Positions 8,762-17,418 of a stretch of 45,600 nt of DNA are shown here, in pieces. A program made the position numbers and the translations under genes. Positions within the stretch are counted from its first letter, which is position 1, and each line of letters starts with the position of its first letter. The DNA is from a virus (Duplodnaviria > Caudoviricetes). The notes below the pieces were generated by a model that made no database searches, was not told where the DNA came from, and worked only from the letters and a program-made list of their open reading frames with translations. Location of the stretch: positions 1 through 45,600 of the IMG/VR virus record IMGVR_UViG_3300044724_000503. The stretch is one strand, 5' to 3'.

Positions 8762-9144
8762 TGCCTGTTATCAACATTAGCATCTTGATGGACGATGCTC
8801 TTCCAGTTGATAAGATGATATCATCTGGAGATGAGGGCAATAATTGTCCTCTGCCAACTCAAGATGAAGAACTTAACGCTGAAAATCGACAAATTGCGAT
8901 AGAAGAAGCTAACTATCGTGAGCCTAATATAGGTGCCGCTTTTCGCGCAGATGATGTATGTGGATCTTGTTCTGCGTATAATCAGACGAATGAAATGCTT
9001 AAATGTATTGAAGATGACTCTGGTAATACTGGGTATTGTCAGATTTGGAAGTTCGTCTGTGAAAGCGACAATACTTGTGATAGCTGGGCAGAAGGTGGCC
9101 CTATTACAAGTGACAAACAAGCCACATACAAAGATATTATATAA
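8761..9144 (+). CDS. Cys-rich acidic protein, probable metal-binding
   Basis: CP..CGSC..C..GYC..C..CDSW; TAATG-coupled. Confidence 0.7.
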   Translation: MPVINISILMDDALPVDKMISSGDEGNNCPLPTQDEELNAENRQIAIEEANYREPNIGAAFRADDVCGSCSAYNQTNEMLKCIEDDSGNTGYCQIWKFVCESDNTCDSWAEGGPITSDKQATYKDII

Positions 9145-9356
9145 TGGATGTTGCAGACTTCTCAAAACATGTTTATAAATTATTGACACAGCGCGAGGAA
9201 CAGATCGCGCTGATGTTAACATCTGGTGGAGTTCAGAACTTTGAACAATACCAGCGGCTGGTTGGCGAGGTTCAGGGCCTTGTCTATGCCAAAGAAGAAA
9301 TTAAATCCCTGCTGGAGAAAAATGTAGACGATGTCGAAGACTTTATACGTTCCTGA
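9144..9356 (+). CDS. Hypothetical protein preceding GroES
   Basis: Coupled ORF, predicted helical (YQRLVGEVQGL). Confidence 0.75.
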   Translation: MDVADFSKHVYKLLTQREEQIALMLTSGGVQNFEQYQRLVGEVQGLVYAKEEIKSLLEKNVDDVEDFIRS

Positions 9357-9801
9357 CCATGTCGCAGCAAGAGTCAATAAGAAACCCGAAACATCTGTAG
9401 ATAGTGCATATGTTGAAGAGGGTAAACGAGTATTAGACCCTTCCCTTTTAGATAAATCATTAAAAGAGCGTCTCCCACAACCAACTGGTTGGAGGATTCT
9501 TGTCATGCCATATCAAGGCAAGGCAAAGACTGAAGGTGGAATTATTATTCCCAACGAAACTCGTGAACGAGAGGCTTTAGCGACAGTTGTTGCTTACGTC
9601 TTAAAATTAGGGCCTCTTGCGTATCAAGATCCAAATAAATTTGGAGATAATGCTGATCCTTGGTGTCAAGAAGGTCAGTGGGTTTGTATTGGTAGGTATG
9701 CAGGCTCCAGATTTAAGATAGATGGAGGAGAAGTTCGCATCATCAACGATGACGAAGTTATCGCCACTATTCTAGAACCTGATGACGTAAAACAAGTTTA
9801 G
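9331..9801 (+). CDS. groES: Co-chaperonin GroES (Cpn10)-like protein
   Basis: PTGWRILV..KTEGGIIIP mobile loop..GP..GRYAGS..IDGGEVRIINDDEVIA. Confidence 0.92.
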   Translation: MSKTLYVPDHVAARVNKKPETSVDSAYVEEGKRVLDPSLLDKSLKERLPQPTGWRILVMPYQGKAKTEGGIIIPNETREREALATVVAYVLKLGPLAYQDPNKFGDNADPWCQEGQWVCIGRYAGSRFKIDGGEVRIINDDEVIATILEPDDVKQV

Positions 9802-9811
9802 GAGCTACAGG

Positions 9812-10687
9812 ATGTCGGAAGCACAAGCCGCAGTTGAAGAGAACGTAGAAGTTACTCTTGAAGATGATAAAAAAGCTGTTCAGACGGAAGAAGCCGTTGA
9901 ACAGGAGCCACAGGCAAAAGAGTCATCAGATGATGAGCTAGATAATTATAGTCGTGGTGTTCAAAAACGTATTAAAAAATTAACTGAAAAATACCGTTAC
10001 GCAGAGCGAGACAAAGAAGAAGCTGCTCGTTTAGCGGAAACACTGAAGAATGAAAATGACCAGCTTAAACAAAAGCTGTCGAATCTTGATCAGGGTTATA
10101 TTTCAGAATATGGTACTCGTATTGAGTCTCAAGTAGCTATGGCCAAGCAGGCGTATAAAGATGCGCATGATAGAGGCGATGTTGACGCTATGTTTGAGGC
10201 TCAACAGGCTTTGTCGAAGATATCTATTGAACAAGAGAGATATCGTCTTGCAAAACAACGGCAAGAAGCACAACCCATCCAGTCTGCACCTAGTCAGGTA
10301 CAACCCGAACCTGCACAGCAAGTGCAAGCGGCGGCGGAGCCAGATCCGAAAGCGAAAAAGTGGGCTGAAACCAATGAATGGTTTGGCGAAGACGAAATAA
10401 TGACGCAGGCTGCGTTAATAATTGATAAGGATCTCCGTTCAGAAGGGTTTGACGGAACGGAAGATGAGTATTATGATGAACTGAACACCCGTATTCGGAA
10501 AAGATTTCCGAATGAGTTTGGTAAATCAAATAACGGGGGAGGTAATAGAGTCGCCTCGGCTAATACCTCCGCATCTCGCAGTGGACTACAGGGGCGCAGG
10601 ACCGTCAAGTTGACACATTCACAAGTGGCTATGGCTAAAAAACTTGGTGTTCCTCTTGAAGAATATGCCAAGTATGTAAAGGACTAG
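9812..10687 (+). CDS. Capsid scaffolding protein
   Basis: Acidic N-terminus, long coiled coil and C-terminal AMAKKLGVPLEEYAK; upstream of capsid genes. Confidence 0.75.
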   Translation: MSEAQAAVEENVEVTLEDDKKAVQTEEAVEQEPQAKESSDDELDNYSRGVQKRIKKLTEKYRYAERDKEEAARLAETLKNENDQLKQKLSNLDQGYISEYGTRIESQVAMAKQAYKDAHDRGDVDAMFEAQQALSKISIEQERYRLAKQRQEAQPIQSAPSQVQPEPAQQVQAAAEPDPKAKKWAETNEWFGEDEIMTQAALIIDKDLRSEGFDGTEDEYYDELNTRIRKRFPNEFGKSNNGGGNRVASANTSASRSGLQGRRTVKLTHSQVAMAKKLGVPLEEYAKYVKD

Positions 10688-10690
10688 GAC

Positions 10691-11152
10691 ATGAGTGACA
10701 CAAGACAACCACGGTCAACACAAACACGCGAAAAAACAACGCGCAGGAAACCTTGGGCACCGCCCAGCCGACTAGAGGCACCTGAAGCACCCGCCGGATA
10801 TAGGCATCGCTGGATCAGGACTGCTCTTAGAGGTGATGAAGACAAAATTAACGTCCATGCGAAACTTCGTGAAGGATGGGAACCAGTCAGAGCCGATGAG
10901 TACGCAGGTCATGATTTTGCAACTATTGATGAGGGAACGCATCAAGGTATCATTGGTAACGGTGGACTAATGCTAGCCCGTATACCTGAAGAGACAGCGC
11001 AGGAAAGAACCGAACACTACCGGGGACGGACCCGCGAACAGATGATCGCTGTTGACCAGGACTTGATGAAGGAACAACATCCTTCAATGCCTATTCAAAA
11101 TGATAGGCAAAGTCGTGTAACCTTCGGAGGTCGCACACGCGACTCCGAGTAG
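10691..11152 (+). CDS. Conserved head-module protein
   Basis: WAPPS.L..P..P.GY..RWIR..LREGWEPVRA; lies between scaffold and capsid. Confidence 0.7.
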   Translation: MSDTRQPRSTQTREKTTRRKPWAPPSRLEAPEAPAGYRHRWIRTALRGDEDKINVHAKLREGWEPVRADEYAGHDFATIDEGTHQGIIGNGGLMLARIPEETAQERTEHYRGRTREQMIAVDQDLMKEQHPSMPIQNDRQSRVTFGGRTRDSE

Positions 11153-11173
11153 ATATTGTAAGGAGCTAAATCC

Positions 11174-11818
11174 ATGGCAAACGCTAATGGTTCATTTGGC
11201 CTTCGCCCAATCTCAAAGTTGGGTCAGAACGCCAATTCAACTGGTGCGTCTGGATACACACTCTATGAAATTGCCGCAGGCAACAGCAATGCTATCTACC
11301 AAGGTTCCCCGGTCATTCCTCTGTCCACAGGATACATTGATATTGTGGGCGCGGCGGCTGGTGGCACTGTAGGTTTGCTTGGTGTTTTCTGGGGTTGTGA
11401 GTATGTATCTTCAACCACTGGCGAGAAGATTTTCTCAAATTACTGGCCAGGCTCTGGCGCGGATACAAATCATCCCGTCAAAGCTTTCGTATATGATGAT
11501 CCAATGCAGATGTATGCAATTGCATCTGATGCATCATTGACTAGCAAAGCGACTCTTCGTGGTCATGTCTTCGCTAATGCTAACTTCTCTAGCGGTACTT
11601 CAGGTTCTACCACCACAGGTATTTCCTCTGCTGCTTTGGCTGTTAGCACTATCAACACCACAAATACGCTGAATCTGCGTATTATGGGTTGGCAAGAAGA
11701 TCCTGAGAACGAAGACTTCACTGCTGCTGGTATTCCCGTAATCGTTCGTTTGAACAACCACTTCAACAGTGCCAATGGTGCTATTGCAGGTGGCACTGTT
11801 TCAACAACTGGCGTATAA
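11174..11818 (+). CDS. Putative capsid cement/decoration protein
   Basis: Gly/Ala/Thr-rich beta protein directly upstream of the MCP; strong SD AAGGAG. Confidence 0.6.
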   Translation: MANANGSFGLRPISKLGQNANSTGASGYTLYEIAAGNSNAIYQGSPVIPLSTGYIDIVGAAAGGTVGLLGVFWGCEYVSSTTGEKIFSNYWPGSGADTNHPVKAFVYDDPMQMYAIASDASLTSKATLRGHVFANANFSSGTSGSTTTGISSAALAVSTINTTNTLNLRIMGWQEDPENEDFTAAGIPVIVRLNNHFNSANGAIAGGTVSTTGV

Positions 11819-11830
11819 GGAGGTACAGTA

Positions 11831-12742
11831 ATGGCTATTTCTCGCGCACAACTGGCGAAAGAGCTGGAACCTGGCCTCAATGCCTTGTTTGGCATGGAGT
11901 ACAATCGGTACGAAAACCAGCACGCCGAAATCTTCACCACTGAGTCCTCAGATCGTGCATTTGAGGAAGAGGTTATGCTTTCCGGGTTTGGAGCTGCCCC
12001 GACTAAGTCGGAAGGTTCTGCCGTCAATTTTGACGATGCCAACGAAGCATATACCGCTCGGTATAACCATGAAACCATCGCACTGGCATTCTCAATCACT
12101 GAGGAAGCAGTTGAGGATAACCTGTATGACCGTCTGTCATCTCGTTATACTCGTGCTCTTGCCCGTTCAATGGCACACACAAAGCAGGTAAAAGCCGCTT
12201 CTATCCTGAATAACGGATTTAGCGGTGGTGCATTTGCAGGTGGTGATGGCCAGCCTTTGCTGGATACCGCTCACCCACTGACAAATGGCAGCACCTTTGC
12301 TAACGAGCCTTCAACAGCCGCGGATCTGAACGAAACTTCTTTGGAAGACGCTTTGATCAGCATTGCTGGGTTCGTTGATGAGCGTGGCCTGAAAGTTGCC
12401 CTGCGCGGTACAAAGCTGATTATCCCCCGTCAGCTTCAGTTCGTTGCAGAGCGTCTGATGGTGTCTAACCTTCGTGTTGGAACTGCTGACAACGATATCA
12501 ACGCTATCCGGTCTATGGGTATGTTGCCTGACGGCTACGCTGTCAACGACTTCCTCACAGATCCAGATGCGTTCTTTATCCTGACAGATGCTCCTCGTGG
12601 TTTCATCCACTTTGAGCGTGTCCCTCTGTCAACTCAGATGGAAGCAGACTTTGACACTGGCAACATGCGGTTTAAAGCTCGTGAGCGTTACAGCTTCGGC
12701 TTCTCAGACCCACGTTGCGTGTTTGGTTCACCAGGCGCATAA
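11831..12742 (+). CDS. Major capsid protein (HK97 fold)
   Basis: MAISRAQLAKELEPGLNALFG..ITEEAVEDNLY..DFDTGNMRFKARERYSFG. Strong SD AAGGAGG, biased codons, followed by a terminator. Confidence 0.9.
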   Translation: MAISRAQLAKELEPGLNALFGMEYNRYENQHAEIFTTESSDRAFEEEVMLSGFGAAPTKSEGSAVNFDDANEAYTARYNHETIALAFSITEEAVEDNLYDRLSSRYTRALARSMAHTKQVKAASILNNGFSGGAFAGGDGQPLLDTAHPLTNGSTFANEPSTAADLNETSLEDALISIAGFVDERGLKVALRGTKLIIPRQLQFVAERLMVSNLRVGTADNDINAIRSMGMLPDGYAVNDFLTDPDAFFILTDAPRGFIHFERVPLSTQMEADFDTGNMRFKARERYSFGFSDPRCVFGSPGA

Positions 12743-12761
12743 GTGTAAAACACAGACAATC

Positions 12762-12789
12762 AAGGGCGGCTTTCCAGTCGCCCTTTTTT
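12762..12789 (+). terminator. Rho-independent terminator after the MCP
   Basis: AAGGGCGGCT-TTCC-AGTCGCCCTT stem followed by a T run. Confidence 0.85.
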
Positions 12790-12820
12790 GTGTTAGATTT
12801 AGGTAATCCTCCCTAGACTC

Positions 12821-12852
12821 GGAGCCGTATTTATTGCGGCTCCACTCTTTTT
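12821..12852 (+). terminator. Second hairpin, possible terminator
   Basis: GGAGCCGTA-TTTAT-TGCGGCTCC followed by ACTCTTTTT. Confidence 0.5.
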
Positions 12853-12870
12853 AGTATATGCTATGTTTAT

Positions 12871-12920
12871 TCCTGACAGATCCATGGGGGATCTGACACT
12901 AGCCACGACAGGAGATTGAC
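12871..12920 (+). promoter_or_regulatory. Structured 5' leader able to sequester the SD
   Basis: TCCTG(12871-75) pairs with CAGGA(12909-13), enclosing a CAGATCC/GGATCTG hairpin. Confidence 0.5.
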
Positions 12921-13352
12921 ATGGCTACAACTACCTTTTCTGGTCCTATTAAGGCCGGAACTATCCGCGAAGGCGCATCTGCTAACGTGGGTTTTGTAAA
13001 AATGGCTCAAACAGCGACATGGACTCAGTCCACAACTGCCGCTGACACAGGAATCATCATTCCTGCAAACAGCCAAATCACTGAAATCATCATCAACATC
13101 ACAACCGCCACAACTGCGGCTAACATCAGCATGGGCACTACATCAGCTGCAGACGAACTGTTTACTGCTCTTGCCGCTGGCACCGCCGCTAATGCATTCA
13201 AGTATGGTTCTGACGGCACTAAAGCTGACACAGACACTTGGGCAAACATTGGTTCGTCTGATGCGTCAATCTTCATTGACTTCTCCGCTGGTACAGCTGG
13301 CGAAGGCTATGTGACTGTTGAGTATATCCAGAACATTAACAACACTATCTAA
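12921..13352 (+). CDS. Putative virion structural protein
   Basis: MATTTFSGP N-terminus; Thr/Ala-rich beta protein after the MCP. Confidence 0.7.
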   Translation: MATTTFSGPIKAGTIREGASANVGFVKMAQTATWTQSTTAADTGIIIPANSQITEIIINITTATTAANISMGTTSAADELFTALAAGTAANAFKYGSDGTKADTDTWANIGSSDASIFIDFSAGTAGEGYVTVEYIQNINNTI

Positions 13353-13364
13353 TAGGAGGTTGTA

Positions 13365-13646
13365 ATGGCTGGTCCGGTAACCGCGTATAATTGGGCGCAA
13401 GGAACAGCGGCAGGCGTTGTAGGTCCAGGTCGTTCTCGTATTCGTCAAATCGTCATATATGCCGCAGCGGCAGGCGCATTTACGATCAAAAACGGCTCGG
13501 CCTCTGGTGACACATTGATCACGCAAAAATTTCCGACAGGAATCCATCATCTGAACATTCCAGCAGATGGTATTCTAGCAACGGATGGTGCGTATGTTAG
13601 TGCATTCACAGGATCTAGCAATGAACTGACCGTCTTCCTTTCGTAG
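13365..13646 (+). CDS. Small putative structural protein
   Basis: Strong SD AGGAGG; beta-rich composition. Confidence 0.7.
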   Translation: MAGPVTAYNWAQGTAAGVVGPGRSRIRQIVIYAAAAGAFTIKNGSASGDTLITQKFPTGIHHLNIPADGILATDGAYVSAFTGSSNELTVFLS

Positions 13647-13655
13647 GAGACAAAA

Positions 13656-14456
13656 ATGTCTGTCCACGAGATAAGATCTATATCTCAAGTCGGCACAAGC
13701 GAACCGTTTGAGCTACAGGTCGCTCGTGGGCAGATTCCGGGTCATAAAACTGTCTTTAAGTTTGGCTACAACGCTTCTGTTGAAGACACTAAGGAAACCA
13801 TCTGGGAACAGGGCGGTTTATACGCTTATCCCGCATCAGCCACAGTAATGACTATATCAAGCAGTTCAGCTAATGACACTGCCGCAGGAACTGGTGCAAG
13901 AACGGTAGAAGTTTTTGGCCTAGACGCCGATTACAACGAAATAAACGAAGTTGTCACATTAAACGGGCAAACGGCTGTTAACACTACAAAATCTTACCTA
14001 CGGATAAATCGCGGCATTGTTCGCAGTGCAGGCAGTGGTGCCGCAAACGCTGGCACACTTTACGCAGGAACAGGTACGGTTACATCTGGGGTTCCAGCTA
14101 ATATTTACCTGACCATAAATGGGGATGGCGACAACCAAACATTGATGGGTCTTTGGACAGTCCCCGCAGGATATACGGCGTTTCTTACAAAGATGGCTTT
14201 ATCCACAGGTACAGCAACTCAGACACCTGCTATTCTGAATGCTGCTCTTGTTGCTAGGCCATACGGAGAAGTCTTCCAGATAAAAGAAAGATTTACCCTG
14301 ACAGATAGCGCACACGAACAGTTTTATACTTTTCCATTAAGGTTCACAGAAAAAACAGACTTGGAAATGAGGGCGTTTTCTTCTTCAGGGTCTGTTGACT
14401 TTAATGTGTCCGCGTCAATGGAATTTATTTACATACAAAATAACGGTAGGTTGTAA
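13656..14456 (+). CDS. Putative structural protein
   Basis: 266-aa beta-rich ORF with SD AGGAG. Confidence 0.65.
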   Translation: MSVHEIRSISQVGTSEPFELQVARGQIPGHKTVFKFGYNASVEDTKETIWEQGGLYAYPASATVMTISSSSANDTAAGTGARTVEVFGLDADYNEINEVVTLNGQTAVNTTKSYLRINRGIVRSAGSGAANAGTLYAGTGTVTSGVPANIYLTINGDGDNQTLMGLWTVPAGYTAFLTKMALSTGTATQTPAILNAALVARPYGEVFQIKERFTLTDSAHEQFYTFPLRFTEKTDLEMRAFSSSGSVDFNVSASMEFIYIQNNGRL

Positions 14457-14743
14457 TGGCTAGAGCACCAAAAAAGATGCCAAAGCGCAACAAGAAGAAC
14501 TTCCGATCTACAGAGTCTGGAGCGGGAATGACTAAAGCAGGCGTGAGGGCTTATCGCCGCGCTAACCCAGGTTCAAAGTTAAAGACTGCTGTTACAGGCA
14601 AGGTTAAGAAAGGTTCTAAAGCCGCAAAGCGGCGTGCATCATACTGTAGCCGTTCAAAAGGACAGATGAAGATGCACAACATTAACTGTAGCAAAACACC
14701 TAAAAAGCGTATCTGTGCAGCTCGGCGGAGATGGAAATGCTAA
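14456..14743 (+). CDS. Small highly basic Cys-containing protein
   Basis: K/R-rich; AKRRASYCSRS..RRRWKC; coupled start. Confidence 0.75.
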   Translation: MARAPKKMPKRNKKNFRSTESGAGMTKAGVRAYRRANPGSKLKTAVTGKVKKGSKAAKRRASYCSRSKGQMKMHNINCSKTPKKRICAARRRWKC

Positions 14744-14961
14744 ACAAGATTCTAATTGGTTTGGTCAGTTTCTTTTCCGTCCTGTCCGTTGGATTTATCG
14801 GTTGGGTTGGATTTAGTATTGTTGACTTGAAAGTAGAGGTTGCTGAAACACACGGTAAGGTTGCTGCGAACTATGAAATGATTAAGCCTATGTGGGAAGC
14901 GTTTTTATCGGAGAAGAATCTTGGCAATCTCGCGAAGCTCAATATCCAAACAGATAACTAA
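14731..14961 (+). CDS. Small membrane protein with N-terminal TM helix
   Basis: ILIGLVSFFSVLSVGFIGWVGFSIV. Confidence 0.6.
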   Translation: MEMLNKILIGLVSFFSVLSVGFIGWVGFSIVDLKVEVAETHGKVAANYEMIKPMWEAFLSEKNLGNLAKLNIQTDN

Positions 14962-15142
14962 AGGTGGCAGTATGGCAAAAGATGCATGTTATCGTAAAGT
15001 AAAGGCTCGTTATAAAGTCTTTCCTAGTGCCTACGCTAGTGGAGCCATTGCTAAATGTCGTAAAGTTGGTGCTAAGAACTGGGGCACAGGCGGTAAAAAG
15101 AAAAGGAAGTCTAGTGGCAAAAAACGAGGTAAAACCTTCTAA
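14921..15142 (+). CDS. Small basic protein (DACY..FPSAYASGAIAKCRK)
   Basis: TTG start with upstream GGAG; alternative ATG at 14972. Confidence 0.7.
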   Translation: MAISRSSISKQITKGGSMAKDACYRKVKARYKVFPSAYASGAIAKCRKVGAKNWGTGGKKKRKSSGKKRGKTF

Positions 15143-15257
15143 GCCAAAACGCAGGTTTCGTGGTAAGATTGTACCGGGTACAGCCGTTGCTCGAGGATGT
15201 GGTTGTGTATTGCCTAGACGCCGTAAAAGAACGAAGGGTTCTGTGGAGCAATCATAA
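15114..15257 (+). CDS. Small basic protein with ARGCG motif
   Basis: Start reassigned to GTG 15114 (AAGGA upstream); TAATG-coupled to the next gene. Confidence 0.6.
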   Translation: MAKNEVKPSKPKRRFRGKIVPGTAVARGCGCVLPRRRKRTKGSVEQS

Positions 15258-15535
15258 TGGCTGTTCGTAAAACAAAGAAGGGCGCGGCACTAAAGCGTTG
15301 GTTTAAGGAAGAATGGAAAGATGTTCGCACGGGTAAGCCATGTGGTCGCAAAAAAGGTGAAAAACGTGGTGTCCCTTATTGTCGCCCGTCTAAACGAGTT
15401 TCAAGCAAAACGCCCAAGACCGCTAGCGAATTGTCGTCTAGTGAAAAAAAGAGTAGGATATCTCAGAAAAGACGTTTGGGGCAACCTGCTGGCAAGCCTC
15501 GGCGTGTTAAATCGGTCAGGAGAAAGAAAAAATGA
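15257..15535 (+). CDS. Small highly basic protein (LKRWFKEEW..PCGR..PYCRP)
   Basis: K/R-rich coupled ORF. Confidence 0.75.
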   Translation: MAVRKTKKGAALKRWFKEEWKDVRTGKPCGRKKGEKRGVPYCRPSKRVSSKTPKTASELSSSEKKSRISQKRRLGQPAGKPRRVKSVRRKKK

Positions 15536-15723
15536 AAAATGGCAAAAAGAAGTTGATGAAAGGCTACAAAGATGGCGGTTCTGTCAGTCCTCGGAAGGCT
15601 ATGGCTATGGGCTACCAGATGGGTGGCGATGTAGATGTGAAGCGAGCGCAGCTATTTGCCGAAAATCTTGGAAATATGATGCAGGGTTCTGTTCCAACTC
15701 GTAAACCAAGAGGCAGAGTCTGA
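15532..15723 (+). CDS. Small protein with two YxxGGxV motifs
   Basis: YKDGGSV and YQMGGDV; ATGA/TGATG coupling. Confidence 0.7.
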   Translation: MKNGKKKLMKGYKDGGSVSPRKAMAMGYQMGGDVDVKRAQLFAENLGNMMQGSVPTRKPRGRV

Positions 15724-16388
15724 TGGCGACTTCTGGGTCAAGAGATTTTGCGCTAGACGTTTCTGATATTATCGAAGAAGCGTATGAGCGATGCGGATTA
15801 GAGGTTCGTACTGGATATGATGCCAGAACGGCTCGCCGTTCAATGAATCTTATGTTTGCAGACTGGGCGAACAGAGGGTTAAACCTTTGGACTGTTCGTC
15901 AAGCCACTGTGACGTTGACTCAGGGCACAGCAACTATTTCTTTAGCTTCTGACGTTGTTGATCTTTTGGAAGTGGTCTTACGCCGAGGTGGTACAGATTA
16001 CGATCTGCCAAAGATCAGCCGTGGGGACTTCTTATCTATCCCTAATAAAAGCACGCAAGGAAGACCTTCACAGTTTTACTTTGATCGTCAAATCACTCCA
16101 CAAATAAATGTTTGGCCTACGCCTGAGAATAGCACCGATCAAATCGTATATTATTATGTGCGTAGGATTGAGGATGCAGATGCTTTAGTAAATGACGTTG
16201 AATTGCCCTTCCGGTTCTTTCCTTGCGCGGTAGCTGGTATGGCGTATTACATTGCATTGAAAAGAGCACCAGAAAGAGTTCAATTGTTGAAAACAGTCTA
16301 TGAAGAGGAGTTTCAGCGAGCCGCAGACGAAGATGAGGATCGAGTTTCACTGAAGCTAACTCCTAGTATTGAGTATTTGAGGGTTTAA
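15723..16388 (+). CDS. Head-tail adaptor/connector protein
   Basis: IIEEAYERCG..ARRSMNL...WANRG..GRPSQFY..WPTP..LPFRF pattern; size and position fit. Confidence 0.7.
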   Translation: MATSGSRDFALDVSDIIEEAYERCGLEVRTGYDARTARRSMNLMFADWANRGLNLWTVRQATVTLTQGTATISLASDVVDLLEVVLRRGGTDYDLPKISRGDFLSIPNKSTQGRPSQFYFDRQITPQINVWPTPENSTDQIVYYYVRRIEDADALVNDVELPFRFFPCAVAGMAYYIALKRAPERVQLLKTVYEEEFQRAADEDEDRVSLKLTPSIEYLRV

Positions 16389-16777
16389 TGAGTAACTATG
16401 CGTCAGGCAAAGATGCTTATGGTATATCTGACCGTTCTGGTTTCAGATACCGCCTGCGCGACATGAAAACGGAATGGAATGGATTAAAAGTAGGACCAGA
16501 TGAGTATGAGCCTAAACATCCTCAACTTGAACCTGTGCGTAGAGTTATTGATCCACAGGCGTTAAAAGATCCTAGGCCAGACATAAAAAACCCTTTTCCC
16601 TCTGTAATAATTACTTTTCCTGTATTTAGTTTGAGCACATTAAAATATGAACACATTGTTCCTGCCAAAAGTTTTCTTGGTGATGTAAGTGTTTTTACCA
16701 GTGAAAATGTAACAGTATCAGTTACGGGTCTATCATCAACAAGTTCTCTTGGTTCTGTTACGGTGGCAATAACATGA
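16388..16777 (+). CDS. Virion-associated protein with appended VTG..LGSVTVAIT tail
   Basis: ISDRSGFRY..EWNG..YEPKHPQL..PQALKDPRP core followed by an S/T/V-rich extension. Confidence 0.65.
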   Translation: MSNYASGKDAYGISDRSGFRYRLRDMKTEWNGLKVGPDEYEPKHPQLEPVRRVIDPQALKDPRPDIKNPFPSVIITFPVFSLSTLKYEHIVPAKSFLGDVSVFTSENVTVSVTGLSSTSSLGSVTVAIT

Positions 16778-17418
16778 CATACACACTAACAACTCTAAAA
16801 CAAGCTATTCAAGACTATGTAGAAAATGATGAAACTACATTCGTCAACAACCTAGATAACTTCATACAGAACACAGAAGAACGTCTTCTGAAGCTGGTTG
16901 ATCTGGACTACTTCAGGAAAAATGTTTCTGCGAATATGACAGCAAGCAACAAGTTTCTTTCTTTGCCAAGTGATTATTTGGCTACATTTTCTTTGTCTTT
17001 TGTTAAGAACGGAGAAAACATCTTCTTGTTGCAAAAAGATGTTAACTTCTTGCAAGAGTACACTCCAGATCCTACCGTGACTGGAGAGCCAAAGTATTAC
17101 GGTATATTTGATGTAGACAACTTTATTTTGGCACCTACTCCAGATCAATCCTATAGTGCAGAGTTGCACTATTACTACAGGCCAGCTTCTATAACGTCCA
17201 CCGTCACAGGCACTTCGTGGTTTGGCGATAATGCTCCAGATGCTTTGTTGTATGGATGTTTAACAGAGGCATATACATTCATGAAAGGAGAGCCGACTGT
17301 CATACAGATGTATGAGAAAAGATTCGTAGAGGCTGTCACACGCCTCAAGATATACGCAGAAGGTGTCGAAAACACAGATGCCTACAGAATAGGGTTAACG
17401 AGGGTTCCTAAACAATGA
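16774..17418 (+). CDS. Second adaptor / tail tubular protein A-like protein
   Basis: LKQAIQDY..FIQNTEERL..G.PKYY..LAPTPD..ELHYY..PDALLYGCL pattern. Confidence 0.65.
   Translation: MTYTLTTLKQAIQDYVENDETTFVNNLDNFIQNTEERLLKLVDLDYFRKNVSANMTASNKFLSLPSDYLATFSLSFVKNGENIFLLQKDVNFLQEYTPDPTVTGEPKYYGIFDVDNFILAPTPDQSYSAELHYYYRPASITSTVTGTSWFGDNAPDALLYGCLTEAYTFMKGEPTVIQMYEKRFVEAVTRLKIYAEGVENTDAYRIGLTRVPKQ

Noticed and set aside
11563-12099. 178-aa antisense ORF across the capsid genes
   Set aside because: Codon-bias shadow of highly expressed genes; no motifs.
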